A stretch of 64,000 nt of DNA from contig OZ316898.1 in NCBI GenBank assembly GCA_973895155.1, positions 14,352,330-14,416,329 on the forward strand. Direction: 5' to 3'. Shown in pieces: positions 26,351 through 37,800 of the stretch (position 1 is the first letter of the stretch; every line of letters starts with the position of its first letter). The position numbers were made by a program, and so were the translations under genes. The stretch comes from Marsupella aquatica (taxonomy: Eukaryota; Plantae; Marchantiophyta). The notes under the pieces were generated by a model. That model had not been told where the DNA came from, did not search any database, and saw only the letters and a program-made list of their open reading frames with translations.

Positions 26351-27531
26351 CACACCGTGAGAGGATTATCACGTACACCAAACATGTTCACGGTACAAGC
26401 TTTTTGTTGAAATTCTTGTACGACCAATACCATGCTCTTTGACATCTCTTTCCAGCATCGAGACTGTCATGATCCCGTGACCAAATCCTCTTTCACCGTT
26501 GATTTTACCACGTGAGGGAATTCTACTTCCTGTCTTGTTTTGATTCGGAAACCACGTCTCCAACAATTCTCAAAGTGGTGGCAAGGCAAGGCTATAAAGA
26601 AAGGACGGCAAAAGTCGTGTTTCCAAGAAGCTCTACTTTCTGCCTCTTTATTTTCGCAAATTGTACCGATAAAATCTCAATTTCGATGGCTTCAACCGAT
26701 TTGTTTTTAAATTACAAAATTTTTCATCAGGGAGATGAACTACTGCGATATTTGACAGCAGACATTTCCTCTAGAGATTGTAGATTTCCAAGGTCATGGA
26801 GCACACAAACTGTGCCCAAGACGAGTTCGGACAGTATCACCCTTTCCCAAGACTTGGCCAAGAATCGGATCGTTTCCTGAACAAGTGAAGATGCTGAGCT
26901 AGGAAATTTCAACGAGGTTCGATACTGTAGTCCGAATTGACAATTGCAAGCACAGGACTAAAAGGAAGGTGCCGAAAGCACCACAACTTTAGACATTACC
27001 GAGAATCAACCCAAACCGAGTTGGACTTCCTTCCAGGATCAAATTCGCCAGCATTCAGTCTTCAAGCGATGAGAACATTTTTGGATATGAAAACTGTAGC
27101 AGACGGTGTCATCCTCCTCATGTCACGGGCGTTACAACGGTTCTCGCTGATTCTAAACAGCCTGAATTTGATTACCAACCAGTCAAGAACGTCCTCCGCC
27201 ATTGTCATGCTGATTTGCCCCCTAATTCATCGCCACAACGAGAACAACTTGTTAGTGGGAAAGAAATGATCCCATCGATTTCCGTTCAATGGATTTTGAT
27301 GAGGGACGGACATAATGCGCGATCTTGCCAGTAGGCTGTCCGACTAATCTGGCAACCCCGAATAACGTAGCAGCACACCTCGTCCAATACTGCACGAGAC
27401 GCCCATGCGGTCATCCGTCGGAAGGAACCGCAAGTGCCACACCAGTCATCTTAAATGGTCTCCCCGATCAGCTTCGAGAGCCGAACCACAGGAGCTGTAG
27501 TAACACAGAATACGTCCAAGCGGAATTGAAA

Positions 27532-27852
27532 CTATGAAGGGTACCATCTCCGCAGGTACAAGCGATTCGGTTGGCTATTTTTCTTTTCTGGTGCTGGTAA
27601 ATCTGCCGCTTCCGCTACTTTCTTGTCAGCCACGGCGACGGTTTCAATGGAGCCAGAGCTTTTCTTCCGTCCCCCAATCTGGCGTCCTCTGCTCAAGTAA
27701 GGATTTCTCAAAGGTGCAGATTCGCTGGGAATATCGCGGGGCAGGGGGCCCGATCCAGGGAGGAGAGTTTGTCGAAGGGCTGATGGTGTGGCATCAGAGG
27801 CACTCAGTGTGGGCATCTTGTGCCACGTCTGAAGATAAGGACTCTTTCCCAT
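27532..27852 (-). CDS. Candidate small protein of unknown function, 106 aa (MGKSPYLQTWHK...RLYLRRWYPS)
   Basis: GC-rich leader exon ending at a GTAAGT donor near 28850; TTACAG acceptor at 27955-27960; first ATG at 27852; long UTR-like tail. No family recognised. Confidence 0.45.
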   Translation of the reverse strand: MGKSPYLQTWHKMPTLSASDATPSALRQTLLPGSGPLPRDIPSESAPLRNPYLSRGRQIGGRKKSSGSIETVAVADKKVAEAADLPAPEKKNSQPNRLYLRRWYPS

Positions 27853-30174
27853 TTCGGAAAGAGATGAAGACGCAATCTGGAAATGAATCCCCGACAGAAA
27901 ATCGAACAACTGCGGACGTCTTTGAAAAGCTGGCTCCAAATTTCTCCTTATACCCTGTAACCAGAAGAGCCAGCGAAAAAGTAGTTCAAGTGTTGATACG
28001 GAAAGTGTTTGACCAACAAAACGTAAGCGATCTAGAGAGGTTTGTAAATAGAGCCTACTAAAGCGCCACGCACATGATGTCTCGAAGCTTTCTAATGAAG
28101 AATCATTACTAACCATGTAATGCTGATTAAAATACTAGACTGGGGAAGAAAGTTTCCTAAAACAACATCCCCCGACTGATCCGTCAGGACGAGGGATGTC
28201 CCATACTTAATATTCTAGTTCAGGGATCGAAACTTGAGGAGTGAATGTTACAGAGGATAAACTAATTATGAGGCTATTGATAATAAGCCGTGAGTCTTCG
28301 TCACTTCTGGCAAAGACTTGACTGAAAGCACGTTCGCCGTTGAAAAGCTCAAAATTGTAGACTCTACGAATTTCAAAGTAGAGATGTTATCTCAAATTGA
28401 TTTTAACGTGCTGCTAAATTGATGCCGAAATGGGGACATTCGCCTAGACCGCGACGAGTCCATTCCAAGCGGATCTCCAATGAGAGGGTGAGACAACGAG
28501 AGCAGGGCCACAAGGAAAGCTATGCGCTGCCTCAGCCTCAGTAGAACATGGTAGCGGATGAATCACTATAGCACCTGATATAACACTCTCAAGAGACGAC
28601 GAAGCCAACGACTCAGAAATTCATTCTACCTAGCCTGGTTACGCTTATGCCGTGAACTTATCGTTGACAAAATTGTTTCGCTTCCCACAACCCTTCAAAC
28701 AGGGGAAGACAGTCATGTGCAGCCATGAGCATCTGCGTCATCGTAATCAATAACAGATCCCGGCAGAGAGTAGTCACGCACAATATGACAAATCAGCCAC
28801 GAAAATGAATAATCATGCAAACGCAAGGCGCCGCGCAGCCTTTACTTACCGAAGAGGAGACCGTCAGGCCGTCATAGGACCAAAACCTTCGTCAGCCCCG
28901 CAACTGTCCGCCCTCAAGCGACTCCTTTGCTCTGCTAAGCACCAGTAATCCAATATTCGCTAGCACAATTATGACCAAAGAAGCGGTCAACAGTCGCTCC
29001 GAGAATCCCAGTCGTTCACTCCCAACCGAAAAGCCTCCTCAGTCCGCACGAACGAAGTCCTATCAGCCAGCTACAAAAGTGAATTAGATCTCCCTCCTGT
29101 GGGGTCCGGTCTTCCCGCAACCTCCACGACGAAGCGGGAAGAAAGACAGTTTCTGTGATCGATCAAATAATGGATAGCAGAAGCAGCGGCCATGCGATCA
29201 TTAGCACGGACGTGCAGTAGAGGCGAGAAGCTGCGCGGAAGAGAGGCGATGGCGAAGGGAAGGAGCAATGAAGTTCAATCGAAGAATGCGTCTCGGGCGA
29301 TGGCAGAACCGACGGGCGAGGGTTTATGACCAGGACGCTGTCAACGAAAGGCCATGTTGAAATATTGCGTGGAGTATGGAACACGCAATATCGCATCATC
29401 TGGTCCAACCGGCAGATTTCTGACACGTGTGCATTGGCTGCACTGTCATCGCACGATGCAGTGTAGATGCGAGGCCTTTGGTAAACCCCTCGAGTATTTG
29501 ATTTGTAACTTTTTCGACGTTAACCCTGAACTCTAAACCTTGGGCCAAAACATAGCTCGAGGGTTAGGAGATTACCGGCACACCCTCTTTGGGCTTGGGA
29601 GACTGAGTGAATTTTCCTACCTACCTGAGAAATTAGCTCAGTGGGACCCTAGCACATGTAAAACTAGCTTGGTGAGACGCACTTATGGGAAACTTTCTTT
29701 GTGGGTTGGGAAGTGCTTATAATCAGCAGAAAGTGAGTTAGAAGGGAGGAACCTCAATTGCCTAGCAGAACCCTGTTTCCATCCCTCCCAACAAAACTTG
29801 AAGCTTGCCAGAACATTGGCAGGCTGCCTCTATCTTGCAAAATGTTTCCCTTCCCCTGTCATCCTAAGTCTCTTTTTTGCAGCAGCATTTAGGGAGAGTA
29901 GACAGTACGCTGCCACCTTGTACTACACAAGAACCTTGCCACTAGTTTGCAAAACCACCAAGAAACTATTGCAAAAGTTTGTTTCACCAGGCTGGTTTTG
30001 TCAAGCCCAGACCTACCTAGCAAATTTCTCGATCTACAGCCAATAATCCGTAAATCCTGTCAGGAGAAGAGGTTACCGGTGTGTAACCATTTCTACAGGG
30101 GCCTGCTATAGTCATAATCTGGTGTCCTGAAAAGTTGAGCAGGTAATCTCTTTCCGGGCAGGAGTTACGTACGC

Positions 30175-30230
30175 TAATGCAGGTCTGGGCTGGGGTTATA
30201 GGCTGTAACCCTGCGCCCAGACCTGCATTA
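30175..30230. repeat. Near-perfect 56-bp palindrome (hairpin), with related hairpins at about 30056-30100 and 30468-30506
   Basis: TAATGCAGGTCTGGGC pairs perfectly with GCCCAGACCTGCATTA; inner GGGTTATA/TGTAACCC stem. Confidence 0.85.
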
Positions 30231-32398
30231 CCCTATACATGATTGGCCTCCTTGGGGAATATTGGCTGCAAGCCCCTCACCATTATGGGGTATCCTGCAT
30301 GCTTTCATTTTATTTTCTCAGAAACATTCTCAAATGCCATTGCATTTTTAAACATTGGACTACACTCTAAACCCTAAATAGGATGTTGTCAACAAAGATT
30401 TTGTTCAGTTGTGTTGTCACCCACACACAGAATGTATAGGATAACGCACTGTATAGGACAATGCACATCTGGTCTGGGGTTACTACCCTGTAACCCTGTG
30501 ACCAGAAAGTGACAAAAGCCTGTTCGGCAGCAGCCAGGAAAGTTTGCCGCCGATCAGGTTTTTTGAGCTATCTTGGAGCTGGGTTCAAGTTAGAACCCCT
30601 ACCCAAACATGCATTGTAGTATGTTATTTCTTTCCAGAAAAAGGTTACTTTCGGGCAACAGATTTTTGGAAATAGCAAGGGCCCCCAGAAATGTTCACAT
30701 GCAAGTAACTTGCCTTCCTGGCAGAGTCTTTGGTTCGTCATCTCTGCTCCAACCATAGGAGGGTAGTGTTCTAACAAGTCAGTGTTGGTTGCATGGTCAT
30801 GAATCCCATGATGCCAACATCAGCCATTTCTTAAGCACTCTTTTTCTTCGTATTTGATTGAAGGATATGGACCATAGACCACTTGTCAACCTTGCCTAAG
30901 GTTCCCCAATCTAATTTGTTGTGTTCTTCACTTGGATCAGGGTCCCAAGCATAATTTTTCCAATATTCACTTTTTGGTTTCACATCTCCGTTTACACTTG
31001 GTCACCCATCATCTCCTCAAGGGCCAGTATTTCCCCATCTAGACAAATGGGCATACAAACAGGAAGTATGTATGGGTACATCCCTGATTAGCTCGGGCAA
31101 TACTTGGGCAACAGGACCATAATATACTTAAAGGTCTAGGAAATTGAAGGTAGAGGAGAATTTTAGTAAAGACGTGATACAAATCTTGACTGGAAATTAT
31201 TATTACCTGAAAATGACAAAGAGAAGGGCATTGACTATCTAGTAAAGTAAGGTTTGGGGGATTGTGTCGATAGAATGCCCCAAACAACACTAGCTTCTCC
31301 TGGAGTTTTGAGAGTCTATTATTGTCCATAATGTTACAAAGGTCATCTTACTATAAAAGTGTCAATTGAAGTCTACTCTTAAATGCCTAGGTCTAGAGTG
31401 AAGCCTCTAAGTAGAAAGTAACTCCCAATACAGACAAAACTAATGATAAAACTAATGATGAGTCTCAATAAAATCAAAATTTTAAATGAGATGAACAAAA
31501 GTGACATCAACTCTAAATAAAGACAATACTAAGATGAATATGAAGAAGAAAAAAAAAAAGGATAGGACAAAGACTAACCAAAATAGGATATGAATTTTAT
31601 TGTGCAATATTTTTCTTGGTATCTATTTAGTTTCAAGGAAGGAAGGGTAGTAAATCTCCCATGCCTTATTCTCCGAGAATGCACAGGTAAATACAAAGGT
31701 AAAATCAGGAAGGGCATTAAGTATTAGAGTGAAGCTCGGTCTAAGCGAATGAGAGGGAGCCAGTAGTCATCAAAGGAGCTTCGGAGTTCAGTGGTCTGAT
31801 GGCAATTCAGCCCCAGCCTTCGGTGTTCAGGATGGGCCCTAGTAGTTGGCTTTGCTCTTGGGATCTCTGCACGTCGAGCTCTTTTGGCTCTCCTTCTACC
31901 GGTGAATCTTATGTTGGGTCCTGGTTGAAGTCAATTCAACCGCATTGAATCAAAGGTGAACGTTTAATTGTGGAGGAAAAAGTGTGGACACTTTGTGACA
32001 GGCGGAGGCAATTGAGCATGGAGACACAGCGGAGTTAAGCGTGATGCGCGCCAATTGGTGATCCATTTCTCCATACCCTTTTTCATTTGTGGGTTGTTCG
32101 CTGTTGCTCTATTCTGTAGAGGACGGTACAGCAGTGCTCTGACCAGCAGGTTCTTGAGAACGACGATTCTAGAGACTCTTACTGAAGGAGATTCACAAAC
32201 GTTTTCTGTGGAATTCTACTTCCTAACCCTATTCGCTCTGACCTTTTGCCCTCTTAATTCATGGAGACATACCCGCTGAACAAAGTGGGAATTGATAGTT
32301 TGGTCGTGCAGGCGGGTTGTTTGCAAAGCAGGAGGAGACTCAGACTTTGAAGGATAGAGTTAGGAAGGAACATTTGATTTCATCGAGAGAAAACAGAA

Positions 32399-33901
32399 AT
32401 GGATGATGGAGAAGTAGATTCACATTCCCCTGGAGGAAGTTTGCTGGACCTGCATTCGGAGCCCTACTCACATTTCATGGGTGACAGTAGTGTCATCCAG
32501 AATGACTGGGATACGCTGATCGGGAAGCAAATATGTTCCCACAAGCACATTTGCAACCCCACCACAGGCCCAGACAACCAGCATACCCACACCTGCGAGC
32601 ACACTCACACCCACACCATTGAAAGTGGAGAGGATGAGAAACTGTCAAAGAAGCGACGCCCAGCAGGCAACAAGGAGGCCGTGAGGAAGTACAGGGAGAG
32701 GCAGAAGGCCGTGAAAGTGAATTTAAAGGAGAGGAATGCAGAGCTGGAGAAGGAGAACCAGAGGATTCCTGAGCTTCAAAAGGAGAATGCGAGGCTGCTC
32801 AGGAAATTGCAGGAGCAAGGCCCAAAGCAAGCCGCAGTGGACTACCTCCTTGCAGAAAATAAGAGGCTCAGGAGTCGTCTCTCAAATCTTCGACGGGCCA
32901 TTGATTCTGAGCTTGAGGCTCTTGAGGATGTGAGTTACCAAAATCTCCGTTCGACTCCAAATAATGTGAACCGTGTAGGAGGGACTTACCTTCCCGCTGG
33001 TGGTCGGTGCACTGCCCCTCCGCCTTGCTTCCCTGTTCGTCCTGTCATTCCTAATCACACAGGAGGATCGAGTGAAGATGTAGAACCCATGGAGGGGAGA
33101 TTGGGTTGGCATAGGGAATGTGAGCTTGTGAAGAAGGCGACAACATGTCACAGTCCTCATGAGGAGCAAGAGGACACCGGTGCTGAGCAGTCCACACGAT
33201 TTGAGTCCGAAGTGGGCACACCCTATAGCAATGCTGGCACATCGTCATCGAGGTCCCAAACAGACAGGCCCCTTGTTTGTCCAGCCAGAATTGCTGCCGC
33301 TGCTGCCCGGAGACGAAAAATTAACACCGGACAAATTGTTACAAGAGCTGAGGCACCTGTGTATCAACAGCAGCTTCCAGGAGGAATTCATTGTCCTGTG
33401 GCTGCTCCACCTTTGCCGTGCTTCAGCTGTGGACCAAGAGTAGCATCCCACCCAGATGGAGTTGTGCGAGCACCAGAGGGGGACAGGTGGCAAGAGGATT
33501 TTGGGATTGTCTGTAGAGAAGCAGGAATGACTGCTGATTCTAGCCCTCCACCCACTGCTTCTCTGAGCTCTCCTGAGGATGTGATTCTGAGTGTAAGCAA
33601 AATTGGGTCCAGGTCAACTCAAGTTCCTTCATCCTCAAAGAAATTACGAGTGGAACCGAGTAGCTCTACTGATTTGTTCTCTTCGGAACACTTCTACTCG
33701 GCTGATGTAAATCAAGGAGGCTCAGCAGCTCATTGGAACCATCACTTACTTCCTGATGGTGGTGATGACTGGCTGGATGTATGTGATTTTATTGATGGAG
33801 TGTGCCAAGCTCATTTGGTTGGTACAATGCAGAATTCTTCTTTCGGCCCACCTCAACAAACTCAGCATGAGAGACCAGATCAACAGCAGCAGCAGCAGTA
33901 A
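32399..33901 (+). CDS. Group F bZIP transcription factor (bZIP19/23/24-like zinc-deficiency regulator), 500 aa, intronless CDS
   Basis: His/Cys zinc-sensor motif CSHKHICNPTTGPDNQHTHTCEHTHTH, basic region RPAGNKEAVRKYRERQKA, then a leucine zipper. Confidence 0.93.
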   Translation: MDDGEVDSHSPGGSLLDLHSEPYSHFMGDSSVIQNDWDTLIGKQICSHKHICNPTTGPDNQHTHTCEHTHTHTIESGEDEKLSKKRRPAGNKEAVRKYRERQKAVKVNLKERNAELEKENQRIPELQKENARLLRKLQEQGPKQAAVDYLLAENKRLRSRLSNLRRAIDSELEALEDVSYQNLRSTPNNVNRVGGTYLPAGGRCTAPPPCFPVRPVIPNHTGGSSEDVEPMEGRLGWHRECELVKKATTCHSPHEEQEDTGAEQSTRFESEVGTPYSNAGTSSSRSQTDRPLVCPARIAAAAARRRKINTGQIVTRAEAPVYQQQLPGGIHCPVAAPPLPCFSCGPRVASHPDGVVRAPEGDRWQEDFGIVCREAGMTADSSPPPTASLSSPEDVILSVSKIGSRSTQVPSSSKKLRVEPSSSTDLFSSEHFYSADVNQGGSAAHWNHHLLPDGGDDWLDVCDFIDGVCQAHLVGTMQNSSFGPPQQTQHERPDQQQQQQ

Positions 33902-34898
33902 AACAGATGCCCATGATTAGTAATCAGTGATTCGATGCTTTGAAGCACTGAATCCCAGTTCAGTACATGACAAGCTCGATGCTTCTGTCCGGTTCTCCTT
34001 GTCTTCATTCCCGGAAGCTGGAGTTATACATCTTGTGCTCGCAAGGTTGCTTTTGGTCATGGTTGAAGGCTTTAGGAATTGGGGCTCTGCTATGACACTG
34101 CCGTCACAGCAGCGAGGACACTCTGCTACCATACTTGCCACTGCTGTCGCAGTGTGGTTAATCCGATGAACCATCCCCCAGTTTTACAGAATGTTCTCAG
34201 TTTTGATCGACTTTTAATTCGGTTGGTATCAACTGATGTTGATCTGAAGTAACGCACAAAAAAATTGGCTTGTGTTTCTCTGCCTCTCCTGGGTTTGCTG
34301 TGGGCTTCCCATCTCATCCTTCTGGGAGTAATTTGCACTCTATTGTGCATACAAGTCATAGTTAATAATTGTTAGAACCATGGTATTGCACGTGTTCGGC
34401 GGATCCATTGTAGTGGTTGTTGCAAGAGGGAGATCGTGCAGTTGCATTTGTCGGCTACACCGTCTGTAGCAATAATATTGAACAATAGCGTTTATATGAT
34501 ACGATGTGAAGTGAGTATAGTTTTAGCGTTGATCCAGTTCCAATTGAGTTCCAACAATGGAAGATTCCGGGGTGGGAAGCACGTCATTTCTTCACTGTGC
34601 TACCAGGTCCTGACAGTCCCAGGGTACACCAGTAAGAAGCAGCCTGTGTGTAACAGTTGGAAGAATTTTATTCCCTGCGGCGGTACAGTATTATGTGCAA
34701 AGCAGTTCCTCTGACAACGTGAGAGACCTAGAAGAGATGACATGAATGGCATAAATTACCTGGGTTCAATGAATGATTTAGTGTACAAGTAGGCAAACCC
34801 CGACGTTTAAGGGTCTACCCGACATAGACCTAAGGGGCACGCACGATGGAACCCGAAGTATCTATCTGTACAGAAGAATATAGCAGTGTCTCTACTAA

Positions 34899-37800
34899 CT
34901 ATGCTTGGATTGTATGCAAAGGCTTCCTCTTGCTCTGCCTCCTATTTGGTGTTAGTTTAACAGGAGTGTAACCCTTATCGGGTGTGCCAATGCCTCTGTT
35001 CTCTGCGTCCATGGTCTCACCAACTTTGCCAGCCGCCGACTGCCCGCGCTTACGACCAGTTTTCCTCACGGAAATAGGGGACACAAAAATGGCATTGGAA
35101 CTTCCTACCCTTAAACCTGAACGCGGAGTCTTCGAAAATGAAACCCCTGGGCTGCGCCTTTCAGAAACCAAGACGGGAGTCCTCAATCTTTGAAAACCGC
35201 AATTTTCTGTCTGCTGAGATACTTTGCTTCGACCAGTAGCTCTTGCAAATGGAGAAACCATATGTTGGAACATTCCCTCATGAGGATTCTGGGGGTCAAG
35301 TAGCCTCACCCTGAAAGGATTCTCCGCACTGAAGCAGTAGCTTCCGCTTCCCACAGAACCTTTATCTATAGAGACGTTACCATTGTTCACCTACATCAAT
35401 CAGTCACTTTTTAATGAACTGCCAATGCCATTCCTCAACAAGTGGGCAAATAAGGTAATTTAGTCGTAACTACGCCTCAGAAAGCGACCAGTCTGGGTTA
35501 AAATCATTGTGGAACAGTCAGTGAATGATAATTGGAGTCACAGAATTATTAGTTTCGGGTTTCCCCTCCTGACTATGGGTATCTTGTCGGGGACAGTCTG
35601 AGCTAACGAAGCCTGGGGCTCAGATTGGAATTGAGATCCAAAAGACACTTGGGCTTTAATAACGCCAATCATAAATGGTTGGAGAACAAAACAATCAGCA
35701 ATTATAGCTTCTTCGGGGTTTCTTATGATTCTAATATGTTATTTAGGTGTTCTAATATGTCTTAGCAAAGAAGCGACCAAGGGCAAGCAATGAAATAGGA
35801 GTAGTGTTTTCCGAATGGCCCCAACAGAAGAAAGCAAAATTACCAGTTGCAGGAGTGCCGAGAAGGATCTTGCCACTTGATCTTTTGGTTGACCACGGAC
35901 AAGGGACGTGAATGATTCATCAACCTCCTCAGTTGCCGCTCCAACGGTCGATAGTGTTGCCAACAAACGGTCACCATACTCATGGATGTCAAAAGGGGGA
36001 CGAGCTTCCTGTGTTTGGACGGGCCAATAAAATATTAGTCCAACACAAATGGTCACCAGGACTCCGATAGCTAGAGATGACGCAAGGCGGCCCCTCCATC
36101 ACGATCCACAAGTTGTGCTGCCTTCATTCCCTACATTCTAATTACACGCAAAGGACATATCTTCAAGAAAAAGACAATAATCATCTCCGAAGTTCGAATC
36201 TAAAGGACACTAAGCATTCACACGAGAGACATCGCGCGATTGAATGGGAACTGAAAGTATACATCGTCTTTAAGTGTTGCTTCAATTTTGTTCTTCCATG
36301 TAGTCACACGAGCAGTAAGCCCAGATCGTACTTGTGATTCCGCCAATTTTTCCAATATGGAGTCCTGAAAATTGAAGGAGCACTCGTCAGAATCGCCTTC
36401 TTACAATAGACATGTCTATAACAAAAGAATGCTTCGTTAATGGTATGTATTTACCACGTGTGCTCGGCAGAGATCTTCCAAGCTCATGTTTTCATCGCCT
36501 GTTACATGCTCCGCATTTGAAGGATTGTGTTGTGGCGAAAAGAATGAGTTTTCCTCAGAGGGCAAGTGTTGCTCCTGCTCAATGCAGACAAGTAAGGATT
36601 GTAGCACTTGAAACTCAGCTTCAGAAAAGAAAAATGCCCATAGACCAACCCAAAAAAAATATTTCCGATAACTAGTTCGCGAATTCGATCTTCCGAGATC
36701 GAAGATTTCTTGTCGGACCAAACACATACGACTTGTTGGTGGTCATGTCATCTTAGTATATTTCTTAACTCACGTCCTCATAAACCACAAGTTATCTCTA
36801 TTCCAACCGAATCCTACCTGAGTATCGAACAGAGGGGCCATTTCTTCGTTGCCACCATCAACACGTTCCGCTGCGTCGAAGGCATCGCAGGCACCGTACT
36901 CGTTGTCGGAATCTTCTATATCCTCATCATAGGCTTCTCCATGGACAGGTTTCCGGGACGTTTCAGCTGCTTGGCTATCATCGGAACTTCGAAGCTGCAT
37001 CCATATTGTCCAAAACTTCCGTTCTCAGGCCATTTACAGTCACTCGAGTAAAGTTCGCTTCAGCTCATGAATGACACTAAAAACATCGGGCATTTTGGAC
37101 AGGAAATGTCTTTAGAGGGTCCACCTAATCCAACGCAAAAACTAGATATGGTTTCTAAGACAAAAACGTTAATATGGCACCACCATGGAATCGTCTAGAC
37201 CTGCCTGCTTTGAGTGTCGTCTCCACTCTTTGTCAAGCTTGATCAACTGTGAAACAATCTACGTCATTGCGGTTTCTGCTGGGAGACCTCCGTGTAGTTC
37301 TGTTTGACAACTATGACAGAAGTAGGTTCGGGTGGAGGTCTGAACGGATGGTGGTTCCGGCTTCCATTGTGGAGTGTAAATAACAAGGTCAAGTAGCTGG
37401 TTACATCCTCCAAACCAAACGGAGAGTAAGCCAGACTCCTAACTTGACGACATCATCCTTCCAAAGAGATAGTGTATTCAGACCCAACGAAGGAACCAGA
37501 GGTCCTCCAAATATCGCTATATGAGGGATGTAGTAACTTACATTCGCGACATTGGAAGGATTGTCGCCACGTCTCCTGGCCCTATCCTCTCGTTCCTTTC
37601 GTTGCAAAGCCTTCGCAAATTCAGGGAAAAAAACCCCATACCGTTTGGCAACGAAAGCTGGACTACTCCGATCTTTCCTGGGTTTGAGGGTTCTTTGCGT
37701 TGATCCTGCCACAATCAACTCGGTGAGCTGTGCATGACTTCGCTTGGTTCAAGCGATCGGACAAAATAGAATAATGAAAGTAACCGATTGCATGACATGA

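Noticed and set aside
27534-28061. 175-aa plus-strand ORF
   Set aside because: No recognisable motif; splice signals favour the minus-strand unit, so it is treated as a shadow ORF.
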